NCBI GenBank assembly: GCA_964546025.1 | Contig: CAZJHT010000010.1 | Coordinates: forward strand, 175 to 64,174 | Direction: 5' to 3' | Origin: an uncultured Clostridiaceae bacterium | GTDB lineage: Bacteria > Bacillota > UBA994 > PWPR01 | Length of the DNA stretch: 64,000 nt | In this document: positions 1 through 9,061 of the stretch, piece after piece | Layout: each line of letters starts with the position of its first letter | Position numbering within the stretch: the first letter of the stretch is position 1 | The notes under the pieces: generated by a model | Seen by the model: only the letters and a program-made list of their open reading frames with translations | Databases searched by the model: none | Told to the model about the DNA's origin: nothing | Translations under genes and position numbers: made by a program

Positions 1-399
1 TATTGCTTCAGCAAGCTTAATAAATCTGTCACCCCTATTATTTTTACTTTTGTAATACTTTCCGTTAATGTAAACTAAATTTTCAGAAGCTCCATACTCT
101 ACTATAGATCCGTCTTCTAAATAAAACTCCATTTTTATCTGTAACTTTTCATCTTTATATTCACCAATAGTATAAGATAAGCTTTTGATTAAGTTATGTG
201 CAAGCACTACCTCTTCTGGATCTGTTATTGACTTAACAACTCCATCTCTAGCAACACTAACTTCCTTAATTTGACTAACTTTTGGAACACCAAATATAGG
301 TATACCGTTAACAATCAAACTAATTGTAGAAGTTAAAATAACAGTTAACAGTATAGGTATAATGTATTTTTTTGTAATACTTTTATAATTAATCAACAT
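1..399 (-). CDS. Hypothetical membrane-anchored protein, partial (C-terminus lies beyond the left window edge)
   Basis: Not in the ORF track because it has no stop in the window. ATG at 397-399 is preceded by AAGGAGAAGCT. My translation reads MLINYKSITKKYIIPILLTVILTSTISLIV..., one N-terminal TM helix followed by a soluble part, open to position 1. Confidence 0.5.
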   Translation of the reverse strand, partial: MLINYKSITKKYIIPILLTVILTSTISLIVNGIPIFGVPKVSQIKEVSVARDGVVKSITDPEEVVLAHNLIKSLSYTIGEYKDEKLQIKMEFYLEDGSIVEYGASENLVYINGKYYKSKNNRGDRFIKLAEAI

Positions 400-488
400 A
401 GCTTCTCCTTAAACTGTGTAATTATACTAATCGTCTCAATAGTACAAAACAAAAGTATTGGTTCTATAAGTTTATTATATCAACCTTA

Positions 489-1085
489 TTAACCCTTACT
501 TACTCTATCAAGTTCTTTGTCTATCTGATTATACATTTGCTTAATTTTCAAATTTGAGTCTATAACTACATCTGCTAACTTTGTCTTCTCACTTATTAGC
601 ATTTGAGAGTTAACTCTAGTCATAGCTTCTTCTCTTGATAAACAATCTCTTTTCATCAATCTGTTTAACTGTTCTTCTTTACTACAAGCGACTACCCAAA
701 TCTCATCAACTAAGAAATTCCACTTAACCTCATATAATAAAGGTATATCTATGAATACTACTTCTTTTAACTGACATTTATATCGTCTCAGTAATCTTTG
801 AACATCCCTTAACACTTGTTCATGCACAATACTCTCTAGTGCTAGGCGCTGTTCTTTATTGTTAAATATTATTTCTCCTAATTTCTTCCTATTGACAGTC
901 CTATCATCAAGCAATATCGCACTATCAAACTTAGTTACTACTGCTTTATAAGCATCAGTATCAATTTCTAAAGCTTCCTTAGCTAAAACATCGCAGTCTA
1001 TCACTGGATACCCTTTTTTTTCTAAATATCTGGCCACTGTGCTTTTTCCTGTTGCTATGCTTCCTGTTATGCCAACTTTATACAT
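489..1085 (-). CDS. coaE: Dephospho-CoA kinase
   Basis: P-loop GITGSIATGKST close to the N-terminus and typical CoaE length. I trimmed the start to the ATG at 1085 (MYKVGITG), which has AGGAGG 8 nt upstream. The track start at 1121 has no RBS. Confidence 0.9.
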   Translation of the reverse strand: MYKVGITGSIATGKSTVARYLEKKGYPVIDCDVLAKEALEIDTDAYKAVVTKFDSAILLDDRTVNRKKLGEIIFNNKEQRLALESIVHEQVLRDVQRLLRRYKCQLKEVVFIDIPLLYEVKWNFLVDEIWVVACSKEEQLNRLMKRDCLSREEAMTRVNSQMLISEKTKLADVVIDSNLKIKQMYNQIDKELDRVSKG

Positions 1086-1099
1086 GTGTGCATCCTCCT

Positions 1100-1936
1100 T
1101 TAGCAATACTTGTTTTGACAAGTATTACAGATATGAGAACTTCTACCGGCAACTTTAATCTTGCTTATTTCACGTCCACAATAACTGCATGGTTTGTTTT
1201 CTTGCCCATAAGCCAATAGTGAAAACTGAAAGCTCCCTGTGTTTCCAAATCCATCGACATAATCATTAAGAGTTGTTCCTCTATTCTCAATTCCCAGTCT
1301 AAGTACCTCTCTTAAGTTTTGATAGAGTATGGACACTTTGTCTTCTGGTATACATCCTGCTAACGACTCAGGATGAATTTTAGATTTATACAAGGCTTCA
1401 TCTGCATAGATATTGCCTATGCCAGCTATTATATTCTGATCAAGTAGTAATGCTTTTATTTTTCTACCCGAATACTTCTTAAGTATCCCTAAAAGTGTAC
1501 TTGGCAGAAACTCTTCACTTAAAGGTTCTGGCCCTAACCGATGCCATCCTGAATCATTTATAACCTCATCGTAAGTTCCCAAGTAAATCATTCCAAACTT
1601 TCTCACATCTACATACCTGAGCTGATTGCTTTTTTCTAAGTCAAGAATAAAATGATTATGCTTATGAATCAGATTACTATTTTTCTCATAGCGTAGCTGA
1701 CCAGTCATCCTAAGATGAACAATTAATCTAAGGTCAGACTCAAACTCAAACATAAGATATTTGCCTCTTCTAGTAATGTCCTTAAAAACTTGCCCAACTA
1801 ACTCCTTCTCAAACTCTTCAGGTAAACAGTTTTTTAGTAAATTTGGATAATTTATACTAGCTTTAGTTATTTTCTGGCCTATAATCAGTTGAGATAATGA
1901 CCTTTTTATAGTTTCAACTTCTGGTAGTTCTGGCAT
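1100..1936 (-). CDS. mutM: Formamidopyrimidine-DNA glycosylase (Fpg/MutM)
   Basis: Canonical N-terminus MPELPEVE (catalytic Pro2) and a C-terminal zinc finger CSYCG...CNTCQ. Start trimmed to 1936, where the ATG overlaps the polA stop as TAATG. Confidence 0.92.
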   Translation of the reverse strand: MPELPEVETIKRSLSQLIIGQKITKASINYPNLLKNCLPEEFEKELVGQVFKDITRRGKYLMFEFESDLRLIVHLRMTGQLRYEKNSNLIHKHNHFILDLEKSNQLRYVDVRKFGMIYLGTYDEVINDSGWHRLGPEPLSEEFLPSTLLGILKKYSGRKIKALLLDQNIIAGIGNIYADEALYKSKIHPESLAGCIPEDKVSILYQNLREVLRLGIENRGTTLNDYVDGFGNTGSFQFSLLAYGQENKPCSYCGREISKIKVAGRSSHICNTCQNKYC

Positions 1937-4515
1937 TAGAGTTTCACCATATCGTACCAATTTTTCCCTATCTTTATATCAACTTTTATCGGTACACTTA
2001 AATTCATAGATTCTCTCATTGTTCTTTCTAGTATTCTAGCAACTTCATCTAGTTCACTCTCAACTACTTCAAGAACTAGTTCATCATGAACTTGTAACAA
2101 GACTCTGCTCTTGAATCCTTTTTCCTTTATTTTTTCATCGAGCTTAACCATTGCTAACTTTATTAAATCTGCAGCACTTCCTTGAATAGGTGTATTTATT
2201 GCAGTTCTTTCTGCAAAAGACCTTCTATGAAATGATCTACTATTAATTTCTGGTAAATATCTTCTACGATTTAACATAGTTTCGACATAACCTGCTTCTT
2301 TAGCCGACACTATTGTGCTATCCATATACTCTCTAACTTTTTTGTATCTATCAAAATACATTTCAATATACTCTGCAGCTTCATTTCTAGAAATATTTAA
2401 TTCTTGTGATAATCCATAATCACTTTGACCATAGACAATGCCAAAGTTAACAGCTTTAGCTCTTCCTCGCAGTTCACTATTTACATCATCTAAAGCAACT
2501 CCAAAAACTTCTGAAGCTGTTCTAGAGTGTATATCTTCTTCATTATTAAAACTTTCCATCAAAATTGGATCTTGTGATATATGTGCAAGAATACGCAACT
2601 CTATTTGCGAGTAATCAGCTGCTAATAAATAGTCATATTCCTTACCAGGAACAAATGCTTTTCTTATCCGTCTACCCTCTTCTAATCTAATAGGGATATT
2701 TTGCAAATTAGGCTCAGTACTACTAAGCCTTCCTGTTGCTGTTGATGTCTGATTATATGTTGTATGAATCCTTCCGTCATCAGCAATAAGTGGCAATATG
2801 CCTTCAATATATGTCGAATTAAGCTTTGCTAGCTGCCTATAATGTATTATATAAGCTGGCAACTCATGTTTTTCAGCTAAAATCTCAAGCACATCCTGAG
2901 CAGTTGAATAACCAGTCTTTGTCTTTTTCACAACTGGTAATTCTAGTTTTTCAAATAAAATCTCACTTAATTGCTTAGGAGAATTTATATTAAATTCCTC
3001 TCCTGCTATATTATAGATTTCTTCCTCAATATTTTCAAGCTGAGATTGCAACTCTTTGCCAATTTTCTCTAAAATTTCCCTGTTCATTGCAATACCACAT
3101 TGTTCCATATTAAATAATATAGTGGCTAATGGTAACTCCACTTCATTATATAGTTGGTCCATATTATATTCTGATATCTTATCTTGCATTAAACTATGTA
3201 ATTTTGGGAGATTCGTGATTTGGTGTTCAAAAGATTCATCTAGTGCATCCACACCAGAACTAGCCCCTTGAAGATCAAACTTTCTTATTAAATCAGAAAT
3301 CTTATAACTGCTAACTGTAGGTTCTAAAACATACGCAGCTAAAGCAGTATCAAAGACTACACCATCTAGTAATACATTTTCATCTAATAATCGATGCAAT
3401 ACCCTTTTAACTCTGTGAGTCACCTTTTCAATTTCTTTATCTGCCAAGATTTCCTTCCACAAATCATGTTGATAATATTCCTGTTCTAGGACATAAATAT
3501 CCTTTCCAGCAATAGTTAAATACATATCTGTTGTTAGTAAAAAATAAAAACACATGTTTTCTTTTATCTTATCAATAAGGCTTTTAAGAGCATCTTCACT
3601 ATCAATTTTTATAGTTGTTAATTCCTCAATATCATCATAACCTTCGTTATCTTCTCTGAGTTGTTTAGAAAAGGTATTAAACTGCATTTCAGTAAAAGTT
3701 TTGAGTAATCTATCAAAGTCAGGTTCTTCTCTGATTAGCTCATCCCAAGAGAATTCAATAGGAGTATCTAGCCTAATAAGAGCTAAATCATAGCTTAGTC
3801 TAGCTACATCGCCACTTTCTTCTAACCTTTTTGGTAAAACTTTACCACTTACCTTATCAATGTTATTTAAAACACCATCTAGATTATCAAACTCTTTGAT
3901 TAGCTTCAGTGCCGTTTTCTCACCTACACCACTTATTCCAGGAATGTTATCTGAAGTATCCCCCATCAAAGCTTTAACATCTATTAATTGCCTTGGGGTA
4001 ACACCATACTTTTCAACCACTCCATCATAATCCATCTTATCCATATCAGTAATACCTCTTTTGGTATACAATATAGTGGTATTTTTATCTGCCAGCTGAA
4101 ATAAATCTCTATCACCTGTAATTACAAATGTTGCAACATCTCCTTTAGCTTCAGCCTGTTTTGCAATAGTTCCAATAATATCATCTGCTTCATAATTATC
4201 AAGTGAAATTTGCTTGACTCTGTATCCATTTAAAACTTCTTCTATATACCCGATTTGTTCTCTTAACTCTTCAGGCATACTACTTCTAGTTCCTTTATAC
4301 TCCTTGTACATGTCATTTCTAAAAGTCTTAGACCCCTTATCAAATGCCACAGCTATATAATCTGGGTTAAGATCTTCTAACACTTTACGAAACATACTTG
4401 TGAATCCATATACTGCATTTGTAAACTTACCTGATTCTGTCTTTAAAGTAAGCGGTAATGCATAAAAAGCTCTAAAAGCTAAACTATGTCCATCAATTAA
4501 CACTAATTTCTTCAA
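1936..4515 (-). CDS. polA: DNA polymerase I
   Basis: 859 aa with a 5'-nuclease N-terminus (LIDGHSLAFRAFYA, GDRDLFQL) and pol A motifs (DYSQIELRILAH, QVHDELV). TTG start with GGAGG 8 nt upstream. Confidence 0.97.
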   Translation of the reverse strand: MKKLVLIDGHSLAFRAFYALPLTLKTESGKFTNAVYGFTSMFRKVLEDLNPDYIAVAFDKGSKTFRNDMYKEYKGTRSSMPEELREQIGYIEEVLNGYRVKQISLDNYEADDIIGTIAKQAEAKGDVATFVITGDRDLFQLADKNTTILYTKRGITDMDKMDYDGVVEKYGVTPRQLIDVKALMGDTSDNIPGISGVGEKTALKLIKEFDNLDGVLNNIDKVSGKVLPKRLEESGDVARLSYDLALIRLDTPIEFSWDELIREEPDFDRLLKTFTEMQFNTFSKQLREDNEGYDDIEELTTIKIDSEDALKSLIDKIKENMCFYFLLTTDMYLTIAGKDIYVLEQEYYQHDLWKEILADKEIEKVTHRVKRVLHRLLDENVLLDGVVFDTALAAYVLEPTVSSYKISDLIRKFDLQGASSGVDALDESFEHQITNLPKLHSLMQDKISEYNMDQLYNEVELPLATILFNMEQCGIAMNREILEKIGKELQSQLENIEEEIYNIAGEEFNINSPKQLSEILFEKLELPVVKKTKTGYSTAQDVLEILAEKHELPAYIIHYRQLAKLNSTYIEGILPLIADDGRIHTTYNQTSTATGRLSSTEPNLQNIPIRLEEGRRIRKAFVPGKEYDYLLAADYSQIELRILAHISQDPILMESFNNEEDIHSRTASEVFGVALDDVNSELRGRAKAVNFGIVYGQSDYGLSQELNISRNEAAEYIEMYFDRYKKVREYMDSTIVSAKEAGYVETMLNRRRYLPEINSRSFHRRSFAERTAINTPIQGSAADLIKLAMVKLDEKIKEKGFKSRVLLQVHDELVLEVVESELDEVARILERTMRESMNLSVPIKVDIKIGKNWYDMVKL

Positions 4516-4530
4516 AATATCGCCTCCATA

Positions 4531-4558
4531 TAAAAAAGCTGCCTTTTTGTGGCAGCTT
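4531..4558 (-). terminator. Rho-independent terminator after the SIMPL gene, immediately upstream of polA
   Basis: Minus strand reads AAGCTGCC-ACAAAAA-GGCAGCTT followed by TTTTTTAT. Confidence 0.6.
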
Positions 4559-4559
4559 A

Positions 4560-4589
4560 ATTATATCATTTTTACTTACTGAATAGCAA
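4560..4589 (-). promoter_or_regulatory. Candidate sigma-A promoter for polA (TTGCTA-N18-TATAAT, TG two nt upstream of the -10)
   Basis: Minus strand reads TTGCTA (4589-4584), an 18-nt spacer, then TGATATAAT with the -10 at 4565-4560. The -35 lies in the last codons of the SIMPL gene. Confidence 0.35.
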
Positions 4590-5310
4590 AAGCAACTGTA
4601 ACATATGCGCTTAGCTCTATATCATCAGCTCTAATTGGGGTAGTAGCTCCATCCATTGCTACTTCTTCCATAACTTTGTTATAATCAGCTGTTCTATAGA
4701 AAGCCCCTGATATTGAGTTTTCTGTTATTGTTACAACTTTACCTCTTGATGCATTCGCTGCTCTTGTTAAGACATCAGCTTTTGTTATAGCATTTTTTAC
4801 TGCTAATTCAAGTAACTCTAGTTTAAGTGCTTCTTGATCTTCTACAGTAAATCTAATGTTATTTACAGAGTTTGCCCCTGCTTTAATAGCTATATCCAAG
4901 TATTTTCCAACATCATCTAATTCCTTTGTTTTAAACTCAATTGTATTGGTAGCTTGATACCCTTTTAGGATTCTCTCACCATCAACCCAATCATAAGATG
5001 CATATAGATTGTAACCTGAAGTGATAATGTCTTCTTCAGTAATACCAGCTTTTTCAAGAGCTTCGATTACTTCTTCCATGATATTTGCATTCTCTTGTGC
5101 AGCTTCTGCTGCTGTATCTTTAGTTACCTGTACAGCTACTGTTGCAATAGCCATATCAGGTGCAACCTTCATTGTTCCCTGTCCATTTACTGTTACTAGT
5201 CTGTCCATACTTTCCTCTGCAGCTATTGCAGCTGGCTGCATAGACAATACTCCAAATACAATTGCTAATAAAGCAACTGTACTAAATAAAGCTAGACTCT
5301 TTTTATTCAC
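4576..5310 (-). CDS. SIMPL/DUF541-domain secreted protein
   Basis: Signal-anchor N-terminus, then the typical V-V-G-G-x-x-PD-A start of SIMPL proteins (VTVNGQGTMKVAPDMA). GTG start with AAGGAG 9 nt upstream. Confidence 0.8.
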   Translation of the reverse strand: MNKKSLALFSTVALLAIVFGVLSMQPAAIAAEESMDRLVTVNGQGTMKVAPDMAIATVAVQVTKDTAAEAAQENANIMEEVIEALEKAGITEEDIITSGYNLYASYDWVDGERILKGYQATNTIEFKTKELDDVGKYLDIAIKAGANSVNNIRFTVEDQEALKLELLELAVKNAITKADVLTRAANASRGKVVTITENSISGAFYRTADYNKVMEEVAMDGATTPIRADDIELSAYVTVAFAIQ

Positions 5311-5324
5311 AATTCACATCTCCT

Positions 5325-6077
5325 TTATTTCTTGCTTGGTTTCGCATACCAAATCATTAACACTCCAAATACAACGCCAGTAAAACTAAACACTAAGTTT
5401 GGTGTACCAACAATATCAATAATGTTTTCATCTTCTGATAAGGAATCATCTGTGAACTCTCCTGTAATCATTAATTGGTCATCAGCAGGATCTTCATTTT
5501 CCCCATCTGCTTCATCTTCTGAAGGATTTATTTCCATAATTCCTAGCATAGGGACCCCGTCATCAGAGTCTTCACTTTCTTCATCAGATTTCTCATCCTC
5601 ATAATCTGATTCAGATTCAAGTACTGCCATTCCTTCATAAGACTTATCAGGTGCAACTGTCCTTACCCCAAAGCTCTCTATCTCTTCATAGTCGGCTTCT
5701 TTAGATAGATATGAATCTTGATCATTTAATGCCATGTTATGGGATAATAAAGGATATATACCGATACCCATTGATAAGAAAAATAAAATAAGTCCGGCCG
5801 CGACTCTTCTTAAATTCCATGTCATGTGATATATCATTCCAGATGCTTCCTTTTTTTCCCTTATTGTAACCTGGCTCATGATTTTGTTCTTTAATCCTGC
5901 TGGGGGTTCGACTTCTGCTACATCTCTAAACATGCCGCTAATAGCACCCATTTCAAGATATAACATGTTACACTCAGAACAACTATCTAGGTGATCAGAG
6001 ATAAGTAAATTTTCTTCTTCTGTTAGTTCGTCATCGACATATGCTGATATTAAATTCTGTAGTTCATGACAACTCAT
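5325..6077 (-). CDS. Zinc-finger (ZAS, HxxxCxxC) anti-sigma factor with acidic extracytoplasmic region
   Basis: N-terminus CHELQNLISAYVDDEL...DHLDSCSEC, a central TM, a very acidic D/E/S-rich segment and a C-terminal hydrophobic helix. Lies directly downstream of the ECF sigma gene. Confidence 0.8.
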   Translation of the reverse strand: MSCHELQNLISAYVDDELTEEENLLISDHLDSCSECNMLYLEMGAISGMFRDVAEVEPPAGLKNKIMSQVTIREKKEASGMIYHMTWNLRRVAAGLILFFLSMGIGIYPLLSHNMALNDQDSYLSKEADYEEIESFGVRTVAPDKSYEGMAVLESESDYEDEKSDEESEDSDDGVPMLGIMEINPSEDEADGENEDPADDQLMITGEFTDDSLSEDENIIDIVGTPNLVFSFTGVVFGVLMIWYAKPSKK

Positions 6078-6089
6078 CTCTCCACCTCC

Positions 6090-6704
6090 TTAATTCTTCT
6101 GACGCAAGTCACTGGGTAAAAGTTCCGATTCTTTACGCAATTTTTCAACTACTTTTAATCTTGCTCTATTTAGCCGTGATTTGACTGTACCTATTGATAC
6201 ATCCAATTCTTCACTGATTTCTTGATAGCTATAATCTTTCAACTCTCTTAAAATAATCACTTCTTTTTGATCTTCTTCAAGCTCTTCTATCGCCTTAATA
6301 AGAAAATATCTAAGCTCAGAAGCTGTTGCCATCTTTAATGGGTCTACTATTTCCGAATTATCTGGCAAAGCTATTTCTGTTTCTTCTTCATCGTTACTAT
6401 AGTATAAAGGGGTTGTTTTATGTTTTTTATGCTTTCTTAAGAAATCATAACAGGTGTTTGATACTATAGTGCACACCCATGTGCTAAATTTCGCATCTCT
6501 TCTAAATGAACCTAATGATTTATATGCTTTTATAAATGCCTCTTGTGTGGCGTCTGCAGCATCCTCACGATTTCGTAATATACGATAGGCTACATTAAAC
6601 ACCATTTTTTCATACTTAACTAGTAATTTCTCAAATGCATTAGTATCGCCATTAATGGCTTTTTCTACTAGCTCTCGATCTTCTTGTAAATCATCTTTTT
6701 TCAA
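6090..6704 (-). CDS. ECF (sigma-70 family) RNA polymerase sigma factor
   Basis: Region 2 (DATQEAFIKAYKSL, FSTW) and region 4 (YSYQEISEELDVSIGTVKSRLNRAR). TTG start after AGGAGGGG. Confidence 0.9.
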   Translation of the reverse strand: MKKDDLQEDRELVEKAINGDTNAFEKLLVKYEKMVFNVAYRILRNREDAADATQEAFIKAYKSLGSFRRDAKFSTWVCTIVSNTCYDFLRKHKKHKTTPLYYSNDEEETEIALPDNSEIVDPLKMATASELRYFLIKAIEELEEDQKEVIILRELKDYSYQEISEELDVSIGTVKSRLNRARLKVVEKLRKESELLPSDLRQKN

Positions 6705-6716
6705 ATTAACCCCTCC

Positions 6717-8051
6717 TTACATATGAGTAGCTATATTATGTATCTCATCTATTAACAACCTTAACCCTTTAATAATCTTCTCTTTTGATAATTCTGATAA
6801 ACAAAGTCTAATTCCATTTTCTTTACCATTATAAAAGAATCTACTACTATCTTCTATTATAATATTATTTTTTTTCATTCTATTAACTAATAATAGCAAA
6901 TTAAAGTTGTCAGGCAACCTTAAATATATAAATATACCTGTCTGAGGTACTACAGTTTTAACTATCTTTTCATTTGCACTTTTAATAATTGACCTAGCAT
7001 AGTTCATTTTTCTTTGATACTCAGCAACGGTCTTTTTTAAATGATTTTGATACATTCCGCTGCTTATATATATGTTTAGCCCCCCTTGAGCTAAAATTGA
7101 TGTATTTAAATCTCTATGTTTTTTATGATCAATAAATGACTCTTGTAAGGCTTTCGGTATTAATACAGCACCTATTCGAATACCTGGCATAAAAGATTTT
7201 GAAAAACTTTTAATGTATATAACCATATTATTAGTGTCATAATAGTATAGAGGCAGTGAGCGATTTGTTCCTGCTAAATCTGACAGATAGTCATCCTCAA
7301 CTAAATATACTTTATATTTATGTGCTAATCTTACTAGCTTTTGCTTATCTTTCTCACTCAAGCTTGTACCTAATGGATTGTGGAATCTAGGAATTATATA
7401 AAAGAATTTGATTTTTTTACTAGCAAATATTTCTTCTAGCTTCTCAAAATCGAGACCATCAAAATCTCTTTTTACAGTGTATATGTCACTTTTATTCAGT
7501 TCAAGTAGTCTAATCATTGCAGAATACCCTGGTTCTTCTACTAATACACCTTCCCGCTCTGTCGGGAATTCTATATCAGATATTATGCTTAAAGCTTGTT
7601 GAGTACCTGCTGTTATAAATATATCTTCTTTGCTTACCGAAATCTGCTGATCCCAGAAAAATCCTTCTAATGTATTTCTTAAAACTTCAAGTCCAGCTAC
7701 ATTACCATAAGTAAACAAGTCATGTCTATAAAGCTCAATAGCTCTATTCATACAGTGACTAAATTCTTGATAAGGCAGAAATTTGTTATCCGGAACTGTA
7801 CTAATAAAATCAATTTTTTCATCAACACTAAGATTCTTATCTTTTCCTTGGTCTACAAGGTAGTATCCACTTTGCGGTATGGAATAAATAATATGATTTT
7901 GCTCCAGTTCTTTGTAGGCTCTAATTATTGTAGACTTATTAAACCCAAAGTGCAATACCAGTTCTCTAATAGATGGCAACCTTTCTCCTTGGCTAAATTC
8001 TTCATTTTCTATACTTTTCATTAAATAGTCTATTACTTCTTGGTATTTCAT
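6717..8051 (-). CDS. MocR/PdxR-type GntR-family regulator with aminotransferase-like (PLP) domain
   Basis: N-terminal winged helix (LPSIRELVLHFGFNKSTIIRAYKEL) plus a roughly 350-aa fold-type-I aminotransferase-like domain (SFSKSFMPGIRIG). Start trimmed to the ATG at 8051 (MKYQEV), preceded by AGGTGGTG. Confidence 0.85.
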   Translation of the reverse strand: MKYQEVIDYLMKSIENEEFSQGERLPSIRELVLHFGFNKSTIIRAYKELEQNHIIYSIPQSGYYLVDQGKDKNLSVDEKIDFISTVPDNKFLPYQEFSHCMNRAIELYRHDLFTYGNVAGLEVLRNTLEGFFWDQQISVSKEDIFITAGTQQALSIISDIEFPTEREGVLVEEPGYSAMIRLLELNKSDIYTVKRDFDGLDFEKLEEIFASKKIKFFYIIPRFHNPLGTSLSEKDKQKLVRLAHKYKVYLVEDDYLSDLAGTNRSLPLYYYDTNNMVIYIKSFSKSFMPGIRIGAVLIPKALQESFIDHKKHRDLNTSILAQGGLNIYISSGMYQNHLKKTVAEYQRKMNYARSIIKSANEKIVKTVVPQTGIFIYLRLPDNFNLLLLVNRMKKNNIIIEDSSRFFYNGKENGIRLCLSELSKEKIIKGLRLLIDEIHNIATHM

Positions 8052-8103
8052 GCTTGCCACCACCTGTAATTAGTTATATTATATCTATTATGACAGATTA
8101 TTT

Positions 8104-8115
8104 TGTACCAGTACA
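8104..8115. promoter_or_regulatory. Inverted repeat TGTAC-N2-GTACA in the divergent MocR / S-component intergenic region (candidate operator)
   Basis: The perfect palindrome tgtaccagtaca is seen directly, 18 nt upstream of the predicted -35 of the plus-strand gene. Confidence 0.25.
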
Positions 8116-8132
8116 GTTTAAATTCTTAACAA

Positions 8133-8161
8133 TTGAACCTCTTTATAAATAACCCTATAAT
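8133..8161 (+). promoter_or_regulatory. Candidate sigma-A promoter (TTGAAC-N17-TATAAT) for the S-component/yhbY unit
   Basis: TTGAAC at 8133-8138, a 17-nt spacer, then TATAAT at 8156-8161. Confidence 0.4.
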
Positions 8162-8205
8162 AATAGTATACAAATAATATGAAATTATAGTTTAGAGGTG
8201 GACAT

Positions 8206-8730
8206 ATGGATAAGAAAATTCTCAAGCTGGTGTATATTGCATTAATGACAGCTATTGTGACAATTGTTACTATGGCAATACCACTGCCTTCTCCCGCTGG
8301 TGGAGTATACAACATTGGAGATAGTATGGTTATGATGAGCGCTTTACTACTTGGCCCTGTCGGTGGAGCGATTGCTGGTGGTGTTGGATCATTTATTGCA
8401 GATATACTGCTAGCCTATACACAGTGGGCTCCTTGGACTTTAGTAATCAAAGGACTAGAGGGATTAGTAATAGGCTTTATTGTTCATAAAGCTTATATGA
8501 GTAAAGGTAAACGGTGGTTTTACATGTTTATCCCAGCTGCTATAATAGGAATTGCAATTATGGTAGTTGGCTACTGGATTGCGTATGGATTTATCTCAGG
8601 AAGCTTTGCTGCAGCAGCAATTGAAGTTCCTGGGAATATAATTCAAGGTACAATAAGTGCTGTCATCGCAGTTCTTTTAGGCTTTGCCTTAAAAGGACGA
8701 CTTATTAAACCAAAGGAAAGTGATAATTAA
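8206..8730 (+). CDS. ECF-transporter substrate-binding S component (PF07155-like); substrate unknown, possibly a B6 vitamer
   Basis: 174 aa with about 5-6 TM helices and a Gly-rich motif GDSMVMMSALLLGPVGGAIAGGVGSFIADIL typical of this S-component family. No EcfA/T genes are adjacent. Confidence 0.7.
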   Translation: MDKKILKLVYIALMTAIVTIVTMAIPLPSPAGGVYNIGDSMVMMSALLLGPVGGAIAGGVGSFIADILLAYTQWAPWTLVIKGLEGLVIGFIVHKAYMSKGKRWFYMFIPAAIIGIAIMVVGYWIAYGFISGSFAAAAIEVPGNIIQGTISAVIAVLLGFALKGRLIKPKESDN

Positions 8731-9023
8731 TGATAAGTAGTAAACAAAGAGCTTATTTGCGTTCTTTAGCTCACGAACTTGAACCAAAATTGCATATTGG
8801 CAAAGCTATTCTTAATGAAAATGTTATAAAGCAGGCTAATGATTACCTTGAAGTACATGAATTAATGAAGGTTACTGTTCAAAAATATGTAGAGAAAGAT
8901 GTTAGCGAAATTGCTAATGAGTTAGCTACTGCAATAAATGCAGAGATTGTTCAAGTGATCGGTAGAAAATTTTCAATTTATAAAATGAACAAAAAAGAGC
9001 CAAAAATTCAATTACCAAAGTAA
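8730..9023 (+). CDS. yhbY: YhbY/CRM-domain RNA-binding protein
   Basis: 97 aa. SKQRAYLRSLAHELEPKLHIGK and ELMKV match the YhbY family. TAATG overlap with the upstream gene. Confidence 0.85.
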   Translation: MISSKQRAYLRSLAHELEPKLHIGKAILNENVIKQANDYLEVHELMKVTVQKYVEKDVSEIANELATAINAEIVQVIGRKFSIYKMNKKEPKIQLPK

Positions 9024-9061
9024 AAACATCCTCAGATATTATGATCTGAGGATGTTTTTTT
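9022..9061. terminator. Bidirectional rho-independent terminator
   Basis: AAAAACATCCTCAGAT-attatg-ATCTGAGGATGTTTTTTT: a 12-bp stem with an A-tract on one side and a T-tract on the other, between convergent genes. Confidence 0.8.

Noticed and set aside
6705-6800. Search for an ECF-type autoregulated promoter (AAC-N16/17-CGT) upstream of the ECF sigma gene.
   Set aside because: No such motif is visible within the roughly 100 nt upstream, which is the 3' end of the MocR gene. Nothing is reported.
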